DNA from: a virus
UHGV virus genome: UHGV-0212168
Direction: 5' to 3' (one strand)
DNA length: 40,467 nt
The position numbers were made by a program, and so were the translations under genes. Within the stretch, counting starts at the first letter, position 1; each line of letters begins with the position of its first letter. Of this stretch, positions 25,892 through 33,741 are shown piece after piece. The notes beneath the pieces are model-generated. The model made no database searches and was not told the origin of the DNA. It saw only the letters and a program-made list of their open reading frames with translations.

Positions 25892-26931
25892 AATTGCTGT
25901 AATTTATCGGCAACCTCATTACGCCGATTGGGATAGAGGTGGCCATAAATATTATTGACCATATCAACAGTATCTCCAATCCGTTCCGCAATTAAGAGTG
26001 GGGAGAAGCCCATATCAATGAGCAATGAAACATGGCTATGGCGCAAATCGTGTATGCGAATGCGCCTTATTCCTGCTGCGCTGCTGTATTTTTTCATGGC
26101 TGTGATTAGTTTGCTCTGAGTGGTCTTGAAAAGCCGTTCCCCTGTTTCTATCCCATAAATACGTCCAGCATAGTCTGACAAGCAATCTACCAGGAACGGC
26201 GGTATGGTAATATCACGCACACTGTTAGCTGTTTTAGGTGTAGTGATTACATCCTGACGGTTAACTCGGTGATATGTTTTGGATATATGGATAATCCCAG
26301 CATTCAGCTCCACGTCCTCAAGATTTAGGGCAAACATTTCGCCACAACGCATACCTGTATAGTATAAGGTCATGAATGCGGCATAGAGATGGGGATTTTT
26401 AATTTGGCCAATAAACAGGTTAAACTCGTCCAGCGTCCAGAAGTCCATTCTGCTGGCCCTGGCCTTTCCTATAGGGCCAGCGATACCGCACGGGTTCCGC
26501 GGGAGTCCGTAGTACCGTACGGCAAAGTTTAATACAGCATTGAGCTGGTTATATATCTGGCGCTGGTAAGTGTCTTTTAAGGTGCTGGATAGTATTTTAG
26601 CCTGCCATTGCCGTATATCAGCGGGGGTAATTTCATTGAGGGGCTTATCTTTAAAGTAGGGGACTATGTGACGCTCACAGGGCCCCTTTTTGTTACGAAT
26701 GGTAGACTGCTTAAGCCTGTGCTTTATGTCCTCTGTATAGAGGTCATAGAGCGCCTGGAAGGTCATATCTGGACTCCCAGCGTGTTTTGACAGAAAGTCC
26801 CTCTCCCAATCCTTGGCATCCCCCTTTTTGGTAAAGCCTCGTTTCAACTTCTGGCGGCGCTGGCCTGTCCAGTCTTTGTAGTAGAATTTGCAGTAATAGG
26901 TTTTTTGTTTTTCATCGTAATATGACGGCAT
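25879..26931 (-). CDS. int: Phage integrase (tyrosine recombinase with N-terminal arm-binding domain)
   Basis: The N-terminus (MPSYYDEKQKTYYCKFYYKDWTGQRRQKLKRGFTKKGDAKDWERDFL) is an AP2-like arm-binding domain. The catalytic region has RIHDLRHSHVSLL..YGHLY. An AGGAGGTGG RBS precedes the start. It heads the lysogeny module. Confidence 0.9.
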   Translation of the reverse strand: MPSYYDEKQKTYYCKFYYKDWTGQRRQKLKRGFTKKGDAKDWERDFLSKHAGSPDMTFQALYDLYTEDIKHRLKQSTIRNKKGPCERHIVPYFKDKPLNEITPADIRQWQAKILSSTLKDTYQRQIYNQLNAVLNFAVRYYGLPRNPCGIAGPIGKARASRMDFWTLDEFNLFIGQIKNPHLYAAFMTLYYTGMRCGEMFALNLEDVELNAGIIHISKTYHRVNRQDVITTPKTANSVRDITIPPFLVDCLSDYAGRIYGIETGERLFKTTQSKLITAMKKYSSAAGIRRIRIHDLRHSHVSLLIDMGFSPLLIAERIGDTVDMVNNIYGHLYPNRRNEVADKLQQLVSK

Positions 26932-27056
26932 TATATCGTTCCACCTCCTGTATTCTGGGTATAAAAACCTACCCCTTGCCAGGACGCTCCAGGAATGATA
27001 TAATTTGGTTGCGAAGCAAAATATATCTTCCGGAGCAGTCCGGTAAGAGAGTTATG

Positions 27057-27767
27057 TCAAAAGTCATTCCTGCGCCAACAGGGGTGGCTTTTTTCATTTA
27101 TATACTCATAAATGTCAAATGCGGCTCCATCTGGGATAGTGTTTAGTGACATCAGATGCAATCCATTACGCTCTTGTTGCTTTTTGGATAAGATGTTTAT
27201 GTCGACTAATTCCGTGCCAGAATAAAATTGTAAGATTTCATATGATAAATTTTCCAATCGGTATCGTACTGCCATTTCAGGAACTATGAAGGTATCACAA
27301 GCCTTCTTGATAAACGAATCTATATCAACGTTCGTGGGCTTCCATCCAACTGCATCACGAAGCATAGGAATAAAAATGCGATACGGCATAAAAAATTCTG
27401 CTGCCCCTTCATTTGCTTGCCATTCTAAAAAGGGGTCCTGATTGGGGGTAGGCCTGTTGTAGCAATTAAAAGTAGTCCGGCCGGTGTGCCTATGTAAGGC
27501 TAAATGCACTGTTTCATGGCCACAATCAAAATTCTGTTCATTCGGAGACCGGGCGCTATTTAAAAGTATGACATCAGGTTCCGGCTTCTCGCCTACGGCA
27601 GCCATACCACGTAATCCACGGGTCTTGAATGGAATGACTGCTGTTTGTATTCCAAAGCTTTCAAATTCCTTCACAAGATTTATTCCATATTGAAAATCTC
27701 TAAATCCCATGAAACGCTTTATACGTATGACATCACGATATAGCTCTAATTTGCAATTCTGGTTCAA
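27057..27767 (-). CDS. immA: ImmA/IrrE-family metallopeptidase (anti-repressor protease)
   Basis: An HEXXH motif (CGHETVHLALH) is present. The gene lies immediately downstream of the CI-like repressor in the same orientation. The start is TTG with an AGAGGTGG RBS. Confidence 0.75.
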   Translation of the reverse strand: MNQNCKLELYRDVIRIKRFMGFRDFQYGINLVKEFESFGIQTAVIPFKTRGLRGMAAVGEKPEPDVILLNSARSPNEQNFDCGHETVHLALHRHTGRTTFNCYNRPTPNQDPFLEWQANEGAAEFFMPYRIFIPMLRDAVGWKPTNVDIDSFIKKACDTFIVPEMAVRYRLENLSYEILQFYSGTELVDINILSKKQQERNGLHLMSLNTIPDGAAFDIYEYINEKSHPCWRRNDF

Positions 27768-28103
27768 CTATTTTCCACCTCTTAGCCTTTTAATAGTATC
27801 TATTGCAAGGCGTATATCATCAGGGTCAATTCCGCTGTCCTGGGCTTCCTTGGCGTAAGATAGGTATATGCCCTTTAGGTCACTATAAGGATTCCTTTTT
27901 TCTTCTGGTTCCTCTTTTCCTGTCATTAAATAGTCTACAGATACTCCAAAGTAGTCTGCTATTTTTTGTAATTTTTCGGCTTTGGGCGAGCTTTTCCCCT
28001 TCTTCCAGTCAGAAAAAGTCGACGATGGTATTCCTGTGGCTTTTGCTACATCTGAAGCTTTTTTTCCTGTTCTGTCAAGTAACTGGACAAAAATCTCGTA
28101 CAT
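27768..28103 (-). CDS. CI-like XRE-family repressor
   Basis: The HTH is GKKASDVAKATGIPSSTFSDWKKGKSSPKAEKLQKIADYFGVSVDYL. It is divergent from the cro-like gene across an operator-rich intergenic region. Confidence 0.8.
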   Translation of the reverse strand: MYEIFVQLLDRTGKKASDVAKATGIPSSTFSDWKKGKSSPKAEKLQKIADYFGVSVDYLMTGKEEPEEKRNPYSDLKGIYLSYAKEAQDSGIDPDDIRLAIDTIKRLRGGK

Positions 28104-28125
28104 TTCTATCCTTTCCGAAAAATAA

Positions 28126-28293
28126 TTAGGAAATCACAAAAACAATGCTTGACAAATTAGGATTTCTCAACTATACTTATGTCATGAATTAGGAAATCCT
28201 AAAAATCAAACCTAATATTTTTCTTATATTATATTCGTCACAAATATATTATATAGGATTTCCTAAATAAAAGCAATAAAAAAATTAGGAAAG
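28126..28293. promoter_or_regulatory. Immunity-region operator array with a rightward promoter (TTGACA-17-TATACT)
   Basis: Five copies of TTAGGA(A/T)(A/T)TCCTAA-type full or half sites lie at 28126, 28157, 28189, 28254 and 28284. A near-consensus promoter (28149-28154 / 28172-28177) points toward cro. Confidence 0.6.
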
Positions 28294-28304
28294 GAGAAAA
28301 AATA

Positions 28305-28493
28305 GTGTACAAAAAATTTGCTGACCTATTGTTAAAAAACAACAAGACAACCTATCGAGTAGCCAAGGACACTGGAATATCGCCAACCCTTTTTTCTGAC
28401 TGGAAGAAGGGGAAAAGCAAACCTAAGGTTGATAAGCTTCAAATCCTTGCAGATTATTTCGGAGTTCCACTTGATTATTTTCTCAAAGAATAA
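28305..28493 (+). CDS. Cro-like XRE-family regulator
   Basis: It is 62 aa. The HTH is NKTTYRVAKDTGISPTLFSDWKKGKSKPKVDKLQILADYFGV. The start is GTG with an AAGGAG RBS. Confidence 0.7.
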   Translation: MYKKFADLLLKNNKTTYRVAKDTGISPTLFSDWKKGKSKPKVDKLQILADYFGVPLDYFLKE

Positions 28494-28596
28494 GAACATA
28501 TGTTCTTATGACTCGTAGTGTAATTGTAACTCTACTACGTACCCCTGTCAATAGGAGGGGGATGAACAAAATATGGAAAGAAGGAGGATAGAATCC

Positions 28597-28797
28597 ATGG
28601 CAAATCCGATGATGTCAGTTGATGATGTTGCCAAAATCCTGGCATATTCCAAAAGTCATGCATACAAGGTCATCGGCCGACTAAATGAAGAACTTGAGGA
28701 AAAAGGATTTTTAACTCGTCCCGGAATGGTACCAAGGAAGTACTTTTTTGAGCGGACAGGGTTAGAAATGCCACAGGAGGGAGGGACAAGCCAATGA
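28597..28797 (+). CDS. Excisionase/AlpA-like HTH DNA-binding protein
   Basis: MSVDDVAKILAYSKSHAYKVIGRLNEEL is an HTH_17/Xis-type motif. A GAAGGAGG RBS precedes the start. Confidence 0.55.
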   Translation: MANPMMSVDDVAKILAYSKSHAYKVIGRLNEELEEKGFLTRPGMVPRKYFFERTGLEMPQEGGTSQ

Positions 28798-29060
28798 CAA
28801 AAGTAACTGAGTTAGCCATCCGCGCCAAAGCAGCGGCACAGTATCCCGGCTGGCGTGTGGATTTTGTAGGACCGGCAACTGCGGTGATGACCAATATCAT
28901 GGGGCACAGGCGTATGGTGACCTTCCGACGGTGCAGGAGGCGCCGGGACGGCCCAATCATGAGGGCAGCTAAGTGGATTGTGCCGGCGGTCATCTGGCTG
29001 TTGGGGATGTGGATGGTATCTATCGTGGTCATGGCGGCGGCCATGGGTGTAAGGATTTGA
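28794..29060 (+). CDS. Hypothetical protein with a C-terminal transmembrane segment
   Basis: The C-terminus is hydrophobic (IVPAVIWLLGMWMVSIVVMAAAMGV). An AGGAGGGAGGG RBS precedes the start. Confidence 0.4.
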   Translation: MTKVTELAIRAKAAAQYPGWRVDFVGPATAVMTNIMGHRRMVTFRRCRRRRDGPIMRAAKWIVPAVIWLLGMWMVSIVVMAAAMGVRI

Positions 29061-29075
29061 AGGGAGATGAAATGA

Positions 29076-29333
29076 TTGAGAAAAAAGATGGTCAAGAAGC
29101 TGACAGCGTTGGATTGCGTAAAGGAATCTGGGTGCCAAGACTTTGAAGCGGCATTCCCAAGAGTCACCGGATATATAAGCGAGTGCGCTAAATATAATCC
29201 GGATGCATTGTACACAGCAACGGAAGTGGCGGAGCTGATGGAATATCTATTTGAGCTCCGAAGGAGAAAAATGGACCCCAGACGGGTGGAGCCGTCCAAA
29301 GTCCAGGTAACTAAAAAATATTTACAACCTTAG
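29076..29333 (+). CDS. Hypothetical protein
   Basis: It has an ORF with an AGGGAG RBS. The start is ambiguous between TTG 29076 and ATG 29088. Confidence 0.35.
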   Translation: MRKKMVKKLTALDCVKESGCQDFEAAFPRVTGYISECAKYNPDALYTATEVAELMEYLFELRRRKMDPRRVEPSKVQVTKKYLQP

Positions 29334-29359
29334 TATAAGAGAGAAAGGAGGAAAAATCA

Positions 29360-29578
29360 ATGCCAGATTTGAAATACAACACCATCCAGACTCTGGCTGT
29401 GCTTCCTGCGGTCGGGAAATGGCACAAGGAGCTGAACCTGATTGAGTGGGGAGACCGGAAAGCCAAGTACGACATCCGGGGATGGAATAAGGACCGGTCA
29501 GAGATGACAAAAGGAATCACACTGTCAAAAGAAGAGATGGAATACCTAAAAGAAAGTATAGGAGGAATTGAGATATGA
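29360..29578 (+). CDS. PC4/YdbC-like ssDNA-binding protein
   Basis: GKWHKELNLIEWGDRKAKYDIRGWNKDRSEMTKGITLSKEEMEYLKESI matches the PC4-like fold pattern (..vdIR.W......m.ptKKGIsL..eq...L). An AAGGAGG RBS precedes the start. Confidence 0.5.
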   Translation: MPDLKYNTIQTLAVLPAVGKWHKELNLIEWGDRKAKYDIRGWNKDRSEMTKGITLSKEEMEYLKESIGGIEI

Positions 29579-29973
29579 CAATCACAGCCGTATTTGAAAG
29601 TTTAGAGGAGATGCAGGAGTTTGCGGGTAAGTTAAACGGAGGTAGCATCCAGGGAGCCGTGCAGGAATTTATAAAGGGGGAAGATATATACAGGACATCC
29701 GAAACCAGACAGAAACCATGCATGCAGGATGAAATATCAGAAGACAGAGAAACGCCTGAGGATGCCGATGAACCCATGGAACCAACGACAGAACAGAAGG
29801 ATGAGGGACCAGGATATACCCTGGTACAGGTCCGGGAGAAGCTGTCAGAGCTGCAGAAGGCAGGGAAGCGTGCAAAGGTACAGGAACTGATAGCCGGGTT
29901 TGGTGTGAAGAAACTGACGGAAGTCCCTGAGGATAGGTATACAGAGCTTATGCAGAAGGCGGGTGAGCTATAA
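29575..29973 (+). CDS. Hypothetical acidic protein
   Basis: It is 132 aa and sits between the PC4-like and nuclease genes. A TAGGAGGA RBS precedes the start. Confidence 0.45.
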   Translation: MTITAVFESLEEMQEFAGKLNGGSIQGAVQEFIKGEDIYRTSETRQKPCMQDEISEDRETPEDADEPMEPTTEQKDEGPGYTLVQVREKLSELQKAGKRAKVQELIAGFGVKKLTEVPEDRYTELMQKAGEL

Positions 29974-31148
29974 TGCCCGACGTACACGCATTGCTGGGGC
30001 CCAGCGGGGCCAAACGGTGGATGAGCTGTCCACCGTCCGCGCGGCTGGAGGAACAGTTTTCTGACAGCGACAGCGAGTACGCTGCAGAAGGAACCCTGGC
30101 CCACAATCTGGCAGAGACTATTCTTCGCTATAACAATAGTGAAATCAGCAAGAAGGCATTTTCTACCCGTTTTAACAAGATCAAGGCTGATCCTATGTAC
30201 AATCAGGAAATGCAGGACTACATAGAAGATTATACCCAGCGGATCTGGGAAATTGCCAACGAAGTAAAATCCTTCTGCCCGGATGCACGGGTCCTGTTTG
30301 AGCAGCGTCTTGATTTTTCAGAATATGTTCCAGAAGGCTTTGGCCGGGGTGATGTTGTGATAGTAGCCGATGATCTTGTCAATGTGATTGACCTGAAATA
30401 TGGCAAGGGTGTGGGGGTATCTGCAAAGGATAACCCGCAGCTCAGGCTATATGGCCTTGGTGCTTACCTGGAACATTCCATGCTGTATGACATCCGCAGG
30501 ATACAGATGACCATTATCCAGCCCCGCCTGGAAAATATCTCCGTGGAGGAGCTGACAGCGGAGGAGCTGTTAGACTGGGCGGAACGAGAGGTACGGCCGA
30601 AGGCGGCGCAGGCTTATGCCGGGGAAGGGGAGTTCAAGGTAGGAGACCACTGCCGGTTCTGCAAGGCCAGAGTCACCTGCAGGGCCCGTGCAGAGTATAA
30701 CCTGGAACTGACGAAGCTGGATTTCGTTGACCCGGCTCTCCTCACTGACGAGGAAATAGGAGAAGTACTCAGGAGGGCTGACGAGCTTGACCACTGGGTG
30801 AAGGACGTCACAGGATTTGCCCTGGCAGAAGCCCTTAAGGGAACGAAATATGAAGGCTGGAAGCTAGTGGAAGGCACCAGCCGCCGGAGATATACCGACC
30901 AGGATGCAATTGCTATGCGTTTGACAACAGAGGGCTGGGAAGAGGACGAAATTTACAAGCCGCAGGAGCTTATAGGCATTACGGAGATGACAAAACTGAT
31001 TGGAAAGAAGAAATTCGAGGAGCTGCTGTCTGGCCTGGTCATTAAGCCGGAAGGGAAACCGACCCTCGCACCGGAATCGGACAAACGACCGGAACTGAAT
31101 AGAGTAGCCGAAGCAAAGCAGGACTTTGATAATAAAATGGACGAATAA
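29973..31148 (+). CDS. PD-(D/E)XK nuclease, Cas4/DUF2800-like, with a C-terminal Cys cluster
   Basis: The motif GRGDVVIVADD...IDLKYGKG is a D..D-x-K nuclease signature. A CxxC...C cluster (GDHCRFCKARVTCRA) suggests an Fe-S site. This domain is typically paired with DUF2815 and PolA in phage replication modules. Confidence 0.7.
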   Translation: MPDVHALLGPSGAKRWMSCPPSARLEEQFSDSDSEYAAEGTLAHNLAETILRYNNSEISKKAFSTRFNKIKADPMYNQEMQDYIEDYTQRIWEIANEVKSFCPDARVLFEQRLDFSEYVPEGFGRGDVVIVADDLVNVIDLKYGKGVGVSAKDNPQLRLYGLGAYLEHSMLYDIRRIQMTIIQPRLENISVEELTAEELLDWAEREVRPKAAQAYAGEGEFKVGDHCRFCKARVTCRARAEYNLELTKLDFVDPALLTDEEIGEVLRRADELDHWVKDVTGFALAEALKGTKYEGWKLVEGTSRRRYTDQDAIAMRLTTEGWEEDEIYKPQELIGITEMTKLIGKKKFEELLSGLVIKPEGKPTLAPESDKRPELNRVAEAKQDFDNKMDE

Positions 31149-31165
31149 AAAGGAGATTGAATATT

Positions 31166-31735
31166 ATGAGTGAAGAAAGAACAGTAACTAAGGTAACCAC
31201 AGGAACCGTGAGATTTTCATATTTACATGTATTTGAACCATGGGCGGCCCAGGAAGGGCAGGAGAAGCGTTACTCCGTCTGCCTGCTGATTCCCAAGTCT
31301 GACAAAAAAACATTAGGCAAGATTAAGGAAGCCATCGAAGCGGCCAAAAAGGAAGGCGCCGCCAACAAGTTCAAAGGAAAAACAGCCGGGCTTAAACTTC
31401 CGCTGCGTGACGGTGACGAGGAACGTGCGGATGATTACCCGGAATACACTGGGATGTATTTCATAAATGCGAACAGCAACCGTAAGCCCATCCTTCTGGA
31501 CCAGGACAACAATGAGATACTTGACCAGACCGAGATGTACAGCGGCTGCTGGGGACAGGCCTCTATCAATTTCTTTCCCTTCAACAGTAATGGTAACAAG
31601 GGTATCGCCGTAGGTTTGAACGCCCTTAAGAAGAAAAGGGACGATGAGCCGCTTGGAGGGACCATCACGGTGGATTCCGCAATCAGTGACTTTGAGGACA
31701 GCGACGACGGATTTGATGATGACCTGTTAGGATGA
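31166..31735 (+). CDS. DUF2815-like ssDNA-binding protein with an acidic C-terminal tail
   Basis: The C-terminus DFEDSDDGFDDDLLG resembles the acidic SSB tail. The gene lies between the DUF2800 nuclease and the polymerase. An AAGGAG RBS precedes the start. Confidence 0.65.
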   Translation: MSEERTVTKVTTGTVRFSYLHVFEPWAAQEGQEKRYSVCLLIPKSDKKTLGKIKEAIEAAKKEGAANKFKGKTAGLKLPLRDGDEERADDYPEYTGMYFINANSNRKPILLDQDNNEILDQTEMYSGCWGQASINFFPFNSNGNKGIAVGLNALKKKRDDEPLGGTITVDSAISDFEDSDDGFDDDLLG

Positions 31736-31741
31736 TGACTT

Positions 31742-33727
31742 ATGACAATGAATGTGGACATAGAAACCTATTCCAGCATTGATATTAGGGAGGCAGGGGT
31801 GTATGCATATGCATCCGCCCCTGACTTCGAGATACTGTTGATAGGATACCGGTATGACGGGCAGGGCGTGAAGGTGATTGACCTGACGGATCCATTGACG
31901 GACCCGGAACGGGATTTCCCAGACTTTTGGGAAGGCCTGTACAGTCCGGATGTAATCAAGACGGCATATAATGCCAACTTTGAAAGGACCTGCCTTGCCT
32001 CCTGGCTGGGCAGGCCGATGCCCCCGGAGCAGTGGCGGTGCACGGCAGTACATGCCGCAACCCTTGGCCTTCCAGGGACACTGGGAGGGGTGGGAGAAGC
32101 CCTGGGGCTTCCGGAGGATAAGCAGAAGGATAAGATAGGTAAAAGCCTGATACAGTACTTCTGTAAGCCCTGTAAGCCGACCAAGACCAATGGAATGCGT
32201 AGCAGAAACCTCCCGGAACACGCCCCAGATAAATGGCAGTTGTTTATTGAGTACAACAGGCAGGATGTAGTCGTCGAGGCAACCATCCGCGAAAAGCTGC
32301 AGATATACCCAGTCGCCAGGCAGGAGCAGGAATTGTGGAACCTGGACCAGCACATCAATGACCATGGTGTACGTCTGGATATGGATCTGGCAGATAAGAT
32401 AATCCAGTATGACGGGATTTACCAGGAGCGACTCAAGCAGGAGGCAAGGAAACTCATGGGACTTAATAATCCGAACAGTTTGCCCCAATTGAAGATGTGG
32501 TTTTTTATGACATACGGGCTTGATGTTCCCAGTATCACCAAGGACAGCATACCAGTGATTGAGGCACAGCTGAAGGAATTGAAAACCACACATGATGTCC
32601 TTCCAGGACTGAGGATGCTGCAAATACGGAAGGAACTGGGAAAGACATCTGTTAAGAAATACCAGGCCATGAGGCATGCAGTCTGCCCGGATGGATACCT
32701 GAGGGGAATCCTGCAGTTCTATGGAGCCAATCGGACCGGGCGTTGGGCCGGGCGCATCGTGCAGGTACACAACTTGCCTCAGAACAAAATACCTGATCTG
32801 GACCTGGCAAGGGACCTTGTGAAGCAGGAGGACTTTGACACCCTGGAACTGCTGTTTGAAGGGATACCGTTTGTGTTCTCACAGCTTATACGAACCGCCT
32901 TTATCCCGTCAGAAGGATACCGGTTCGTGGTCAGCGACTTTTCTGCCATTGAGGCCAGGGTGATTGCATGGCTGGCAGATGAGAAGTGGCGCCTGAATGT
33001 GTTCAGGACCCACGGAAAGATATACGAGGCCTCCGCTGCCCAGATGTTCCATGTGCCGATTGAGAACATCAAGAAGGGAAGCCGGCTGAGGCAGCAGGGA
33101 AAGGTGGCTGAGCTTGCCCTGGGGTATGGCGGGGGCTTTGGTGCCATGAAAGCCATGGATAAGGCGGGCACCATTCCAGATGATGAGATACCCATGATTA
33201 TAGCAAACTGGCGTAAGGCCAGCCCGAACATATGCAAGTTATGGCGGAATGCGGAGGCAGCCGCCCGTGCAGCCATAGAAGAACGGAGGACCATAAAACT
33301 GAAACACGGCCTGAGTTTTTCCTATATTAACAGGATACTATTCATTGGACTGCCATCCGGAAGGAAACTGGCATATTATGACACCCGGATAGAGGATGAC
33401 GAGAAAGGAAAGAGCGTCATAACATACGCAGGTGTGGACCAGGAAACAAAGAAATGGGGACGCCTTAAGACCTGGGGCGGAAAGCTTGTGGAGAATATCG
33501 TACAGGCCACGGCAAGAGACTGCCTGGCAGTGACCATGGAACGTGTTTCTGGTGCAGGATATCAGATTGTTATGCATGTACATGATGAAATTATCGTGGA
33601 TGTGCCGGAAACGGACATAGATGCCCTGGAGAAGATAACAGCCATCATGGCACAGCCAGTACCATGGGCGCAGGAGCTGCCCTTGCGCGGGGATGGTTAT
33701 GAAACCCCATTTTATAAGAAGGATTAA
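31742..33727 (+). CDS. Family A DNA polymerase (PolA-like, with N-terminal 3'-5' exonuclease domain)
   Basis: The Exo I motif is VDIETYS. The polymerase motif B is RQQGKVAELALGYGGG and motif C is VHDEIIVD. The protein is 661 aa. Confidence 0.9.
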   Translation: MTMNVDIETYSSIDIREAGVYAYASAPDFEILLIGYRYDGQGVKVIDLTDPLTDPERDFPDFWEGLYSPDVIKTAYNANFERTCLASWLGRPMPPEQWRCTAVHAATLGLPGTLGGVGEALGLPEDKQKDKIGKSLIQYFCKPCKPTKTNGMRSRNLPEHAPDKWQLFIEYNRQDVVVEATIREKLQIYPVARQEQELWNLDQHINDHGVRLDMDLADKIIQYDGIYQERLKQEARKLMGLNNPNSLPQLKMWFFMTYGLDVPSITKDSIPVIEAQLKELKTTHDVLPGLRMLQIRKELGKTSVKKYQAMRHAVCPDGYLRGILQFYGANRTGRWAGRIVQVHNLPQNKIPDLDLARDLVKQEDFDTLELLFEGIPFVFSQLIRTAFIPSEGYRFVVSDFSAIEARVIAWLADEKWRLNVFRTHGKIYEASAAQMFHVPIENIKKGSRLRQQGKVAELALGYGGGFGAMKAMDKAGTIPDDEIPMIIANWRKASPNICKLWRNAEAAARAAIEERRTIKLKHGLSFSYINRILFIGLPSGRKLAYYDTRIEDDEKGKSVITYAGVDQETKKWGRLKTWGGKLVENIVQATARDCLAVTMERVSGAGYQIVMHVHDEIIVDVPETDIDALEKITAIMAQPVPWAQELPLRGDGYETPFYKKD

Positions 33728-33741
33728 AGGAGGGATACAGG

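Noticed and set aside
28670-29299. 209-aa minus-strand ORF spanning several small plus-strand early genes
   Set aside because: It overlaps three plus-strand genes with good RBSs. It has no RBS and a low-complexity composition.
31727-33294. Large minus-strand ORFs (347 aa, 196 aa, 171 aa) inside the DNA polymerase gene
   Set aside because: They are antisense to a gene with unambiguous PolA motifs.
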